DNA of 64,000 nt from Flaccisagitta enflata (taxonomy: Eukaryota), in the NCBI GenBank assembly GCA_965153355.1, contig OZ231126.1, positions 806,001 through 870,000 on the forward strand, given 5' to 3'. The translations under genes were made by a program, and so were the position numbers. The notes under the pieces are model-generated. The model had not been told where the DNA came from and ran no database searches. It saw only the letters and a list, made by a program, of their open reading frames with translations. Shown in pieces: positions 59,690 to 64,000 of this stretch. Numbering within the stretch: the first letter of the stretch is position 1; each line of letters begins with the position of its first letter.

Positions 59690-61602
59690 TTTTTAGAAAT
59701 CCGACATTTCAGTGAAAGAAGGGAAAGAGGGGTAAAGGGGAGCCACGTGAGAGGAAATGAGTGGCAGCGAGGGTGAGCAAAGGTCAAAGAGCAGTACATC
59801 TCGCTTTTTCTGTCGTTAATATTCAGCTAAGTTTAGCCCCATTTTTGAAGTTAAATCCTTTTCCTTTCTAGTTTGTATTCTTCTACAGGAATGTAGAAAA
59901 TGTCTCAGCATTAATTTGCGCAAATATTCATACTTTTCTCAAGGCTAGGGAAGCTTAATTTTCAATAACAGATAAAATTTGAGCCTTGTAACCAGGTACC
60001 ACTTCTTTGTTATTGTCCTTTCTAAGAATTTACGATAGGTTTTCTCTGATGAGGAAATGAGAATTAAAAGCTTATTTGTCTGAAAATATTTGAATTGAAT
60101 TCTGAGCCCGGCAAAGGAAAAGTCCAATGTTTGGAGTTTAGGTCAAAATGCTCCGATTGCGTCTAAATTTCATTTATATCGTGTGACATAAGCTCTAATT
60201 CTCAAATCAATGGAACGACTTCCTTTTTGACGTGAACCAATGCACGTCGAAAAAAGGCTGTGTCCGTCGGTCGGTCGGTTGATTGGTCGGTTGGTCGATT
60301 GGTGGGTCGTTGGGTGGGTCGGTTGGCGGGTCGGTTGGTAATGCGCTCGTTCGACGATCAAGACGGCGTGCGTATTGGCCAACTTGTTTTTGGTCGCGGA
60401 CACGCGACTCTACACCTTACTGCGTCGGCCAGTCGGTCCGTCTGTCCGTCCCCCACATTCTTGAATAACTATTGTGTCTGTCTCTTTCTAAGTATGATAG
60501 GCCATTCAGGTCATTGCAGGGTATGTAAGTGTGAAATGCTGATTTACTGTAATTCTGCCCCTGCCCAACCTTCCACGACTTTTGCCCTGTTATGGGCTTT
60601 TTTTTTTTTTTTGCTCCTGACACTGAAAACGTTACGGTCGATAATCAAGTAACCAATGGAATTCGTTGTTCCGGTAACAATTATATATACCTTTTCTTTA
60701 CCTAAGCAATTCATTATCTGACTTGTGGTAACACTTATAGACAGATATAAAACGTACGCTGTTAGTTTCAATTGACATCTATTTCAACTGTACTTCACTG
60801 ACCATTGACCAAGTCAGCAAGTCTCACTGACATAATGCACTTGATCTCTCAGAAAATGTTAATTTCAGCGACTTTTTTATCATACTATCTAGCTCATAAA
60901 TATATCGACAAAATGGGAATTAGTTGGTTTATTGGCATAGAATTGATAAAAAAATCTTTAGAATCCCTCAAATACTTAGTATTGCATATTTAGGTTTCAA
61001 AAATTACCTGAGTATGGATTTACTAAGCATTTTAACATAAATTTATAGCATAAATGCACATAACAATCTTCCCCTCCTTGTATGAGTTTTAAAACCATTC
61101 TCTAGCAAATGGTGGGTCCTTCCTTTTGCTTCAATTGCAATTTAAATAACCCAGTGGGGTTGAAATTGACCACGAAAATGTAGAAATTGTTTGGCAGGTG
61201 AAAAAACCTTCAATCTACTCTTTGTTACTCAATCCAGAAACTAGAAAGAAACAAGATGCATTATTTTTGCCATTTTTCAATTGGGGTATCGTTTTTGTTT
61301 TGCTTGTCAAACCTAAATGCCTTGAGCTAAAAGGATGCGGTTTGTGGCATTTGGTCAGGAATTTGAAATAGTTTCAGAATCTTACTGATTTTTATATGAT
61401 TTTTTTCATTCTAAACAGAGTTATTGCTTTAAATGCTGGTCGATATTTATATGAGCTAGATAGTATGAAAAAAAAAGAAGAAATAAAAAAAAAAATATTG
61501 GAATCAAAATTGCTTTTGATGATTCTAACTTCCAAACCAATCTGGATGAGCAAGATTCAATTTGTATGCATTTAATATTAGTACATGCATCGTTCGTAAG
61601 CT

Positions 61603-63318
61603 TCAGAATTCAGACAATTCTCTCTCTCTCGGTCCGCGTAATTTCCTCTTCGTCGTCGTCGTCGTCGTCGACGTCGTCATCATAAACTCTCTCAATCCGG
61701 CGAGTCCTCTTCCCAATTCCGGCTGCTCTCCATCTCTTCCGGCAGCCACTTCCGGCGCCGAGTCTCTCGCCAATCGAGCGGCCCTGGCGCTGAGCACGCT
61801 CATTTCCCGCTCAGTTCGGTTGCGCAGTCGAAGTGAGGAGTCTTTGCCGGCGCCGACGTTGTAAGATGAGGATTCGACGCTGCGTCGACGAGGTGGTCGA
61901 GAAGTGGATAATGGAGGAAGATCCATCTCAACGTCCAACTCGGAATGATTCTGATAATGAGTTTATCAGGGAAAATAAAAGATTCATTTGCATATGTCAA
62001 TTTGGGGGAAACAATGATATTGTATACGGTATGATGGCGCTCATTAGCAATGAAAGCCGATGATTGGTAAAACGCGTTAGCGGTAACAGATCAGATGAAA
62101 AACAAAAGGTATGCAAAAATCGAAACAGAAAGCCCAAATCATATCATCATATCATATCATATCAGTTGACAATTTGACATTGCAGTGTTGAATCGATATG
62201 AATGATTACAGAGACAACTACACGTTAAGCCTGGTAGAAAGTCGAGCAAATGCGTTACAAGAGACAGACAGAAAGACGAATGTTTAATATTCATTTAAAA
62301 ATTCATTCAATACCGTAGACATGCGTGACGTTCTTCCCCGCGCGGCCGGTGGTCTTTCGAAGCCTCGATCGAGGCCTCTCTCGTAACTCCTTTCGTAGCC
62401 TCGATCTTGACCTCCTCGTTCGTAGCCGCGATCTTCGCTATCATCTCTCAGCCTCTGCCTCGAAGCCGAGTAAGATCCACGCCGCGATGAAACGACGCTG
62501 TAAGCGTCATCATCGTTATCGTAATTGTAATCATCATCTCCACCGTAAACGCTTCCGTAATCATCTTCATCTCCTCCCGTTCCTCTTCCTCCTCTTCTCC
62601 CTCTCCTCCTCATCCCCGCCCCTGACCCTGCCCCTCCACCTCCACTGCCTCTCTTCTTACTGGGCGTTTGCGGCCTTCTTTCCTCTCTCTTAGCCGCTTC
62701 CTGTAAATACTGTTGCCTTCCTTCCGGCGTTAATTTCAATTGCATTTGTACGTTTTCCATTTCGTTCTTTTGATTGTCCTCTCTTTGGCGATCGTGTTCG
62801 ATTCGTAATTTGTCGTACATAATCTCAACTTCGCGTTTTTCTTTTTCCAATTTGGCCACGAATTTTTGAGAGGTTTTTAGTTGGTCCTGCAAGAAGGGGA
62901 GGGGGGGGGGGTTGGTGTAAAATTTGAAAGCCTTGCTTCTTGGTAAACTCGAAGAAGATGAAGTAGTACATGAAGACGAAGAAGAAGACGAAGGACAAGA
63001 AGAACAAGGGGAATGGGGAAGAAGAAGAAGAAGAAGAAGAAGAAGAAGAAGAAGAAGAAGAAGAAGAAGAAGAAGAAGAAGAAGAAAAAGAAGAAGAAGA
63101 AGAAGAAGAAGAAGAAGAAGAGAAAGAAGAAGAAGAAGAGGAAGATGAAGAAGGAAGAAGAATATAGAAAAAGAAAAGAAAAAAAAAGAAGAGAAAGAAA
63201 AAAAGGAAAGAAAAAGACAAATATGAAGGAAAAAGAGGAGGAGGAAGAAAGAGAAACAACAAATACAACAACAGCAGCAACAGCAACAACAACAAATACA
63301 ACAACAACAACAACAAAT

Positions 63319-63358
<40 letters not shown>

Positions 63359-63504
63359 CCACAACCACAACCACAACCACAACCACAACCACAACCACAA
63401 CAACAACAACCTTCATTACCTTTTGCACATCGATTCTCTTTTTCATATTGTTGATATCTTGTGCCGCTGATGCGACTTTGAATTCCATAACTGCTACAAC
63501 AGCG

Positions 63505-63591
<87 letters not shown>

Positions 63592-63597
63592 GCTACG

Positions 63598-63634
<37 letters not shown>

Positions 63635-63640
63635 AAACAA

Positions 63641-63677
<37 letters not shown>

Positions 63678-63781
63678 AACAACAACAACAACAACAACGA
63701 CCTCCATTACCTTTTGCACGTCGATTCTCTTTTTCATGTTGTTGATATCTTGTGCCGCTGATGCGACTTTGAATTCCATAA
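61603..63781 (-). CDS. 3' part of a multi-exon gene for a coiled-coil / Arg-Gly-Asp-rich protein; exons 63781-63711 or 63490-63420, 62886-62314, 61950-61603; 5' exons outside window
   Basis: Canonical CAG/GT sites, phase-0 joins VQK|DQLK and MST|NHSEL, heptad-like EK-rich segment, TGA at 61603-61605. Confidence 0.7.
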
Positions 63782-63795
63782 CTGCTACAACAGCG

Positions 63796-63872
<77 letters not shown>

Positions 63873-64000
63873 AACAACGACAACAAGAACAACAACGACA
63901 ACGACGACCACGACAACAACGACAACAAAGACCACAACAACCACAACGACAACAACGACCACAACAACCACAACGACAACAACAACAACAACAACAACAA

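Noticed and set aside
60047-60090. Hammerhead-like CTGATGA...GAAA with a possible stem II
   Set aside because: Could not form stems I and III or place a cleavage triplet
62877-63971. 364-aa poly-Val ORF
   Set aside because: Intronic (GTT)n/(CTT)n tracts; only the two 71-nt exons look coding

Overview
AT-rich, repeat-dense eukaryotic (most likely invertebrate animal) DNA with GT-AG introns. No prokaryotic operons, rRNA or CRISPR arrays. Most predicted ORFs are microsatellite artefacts. Main contents: (1) A ~19.85-kb palindrome (19643-39492, 33-bp spacer at 29388-29420). Its arms differ by transposon presence/absence and each carries a spliced Ly6/uPAR (three-finger) gene with signal peptide and GPI-type tail that the ORF track shows only in part. 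(2) A phase-consistent 4-exon gene (46704-48045) for a secreted precursor: signal peptide, acidic pro-region, GKR site, 6-Cys domain. (3) A 5'-truncated restriction-like-endonuclease (R4/Dong-type) non-LTR retrotransposon sitting in an (AG)n tract, split by a hAT MITE and nested in a Helentron-type element. (4) The 3' part of a minus-strand coiled-coil/low-complexity gene with a tandemly duplicated 71-nt exon. (5) Many non-autonomous Helentron-associated elements (HINE/DINE-1-like) of several families, TA-, 3-bp- and 8-bp-TSD MITEs, minisatellites, and a composite repeat carrying a minisatellite plus a tRNA-like cassette. All gene models were spliced by eye and no database searches were run.
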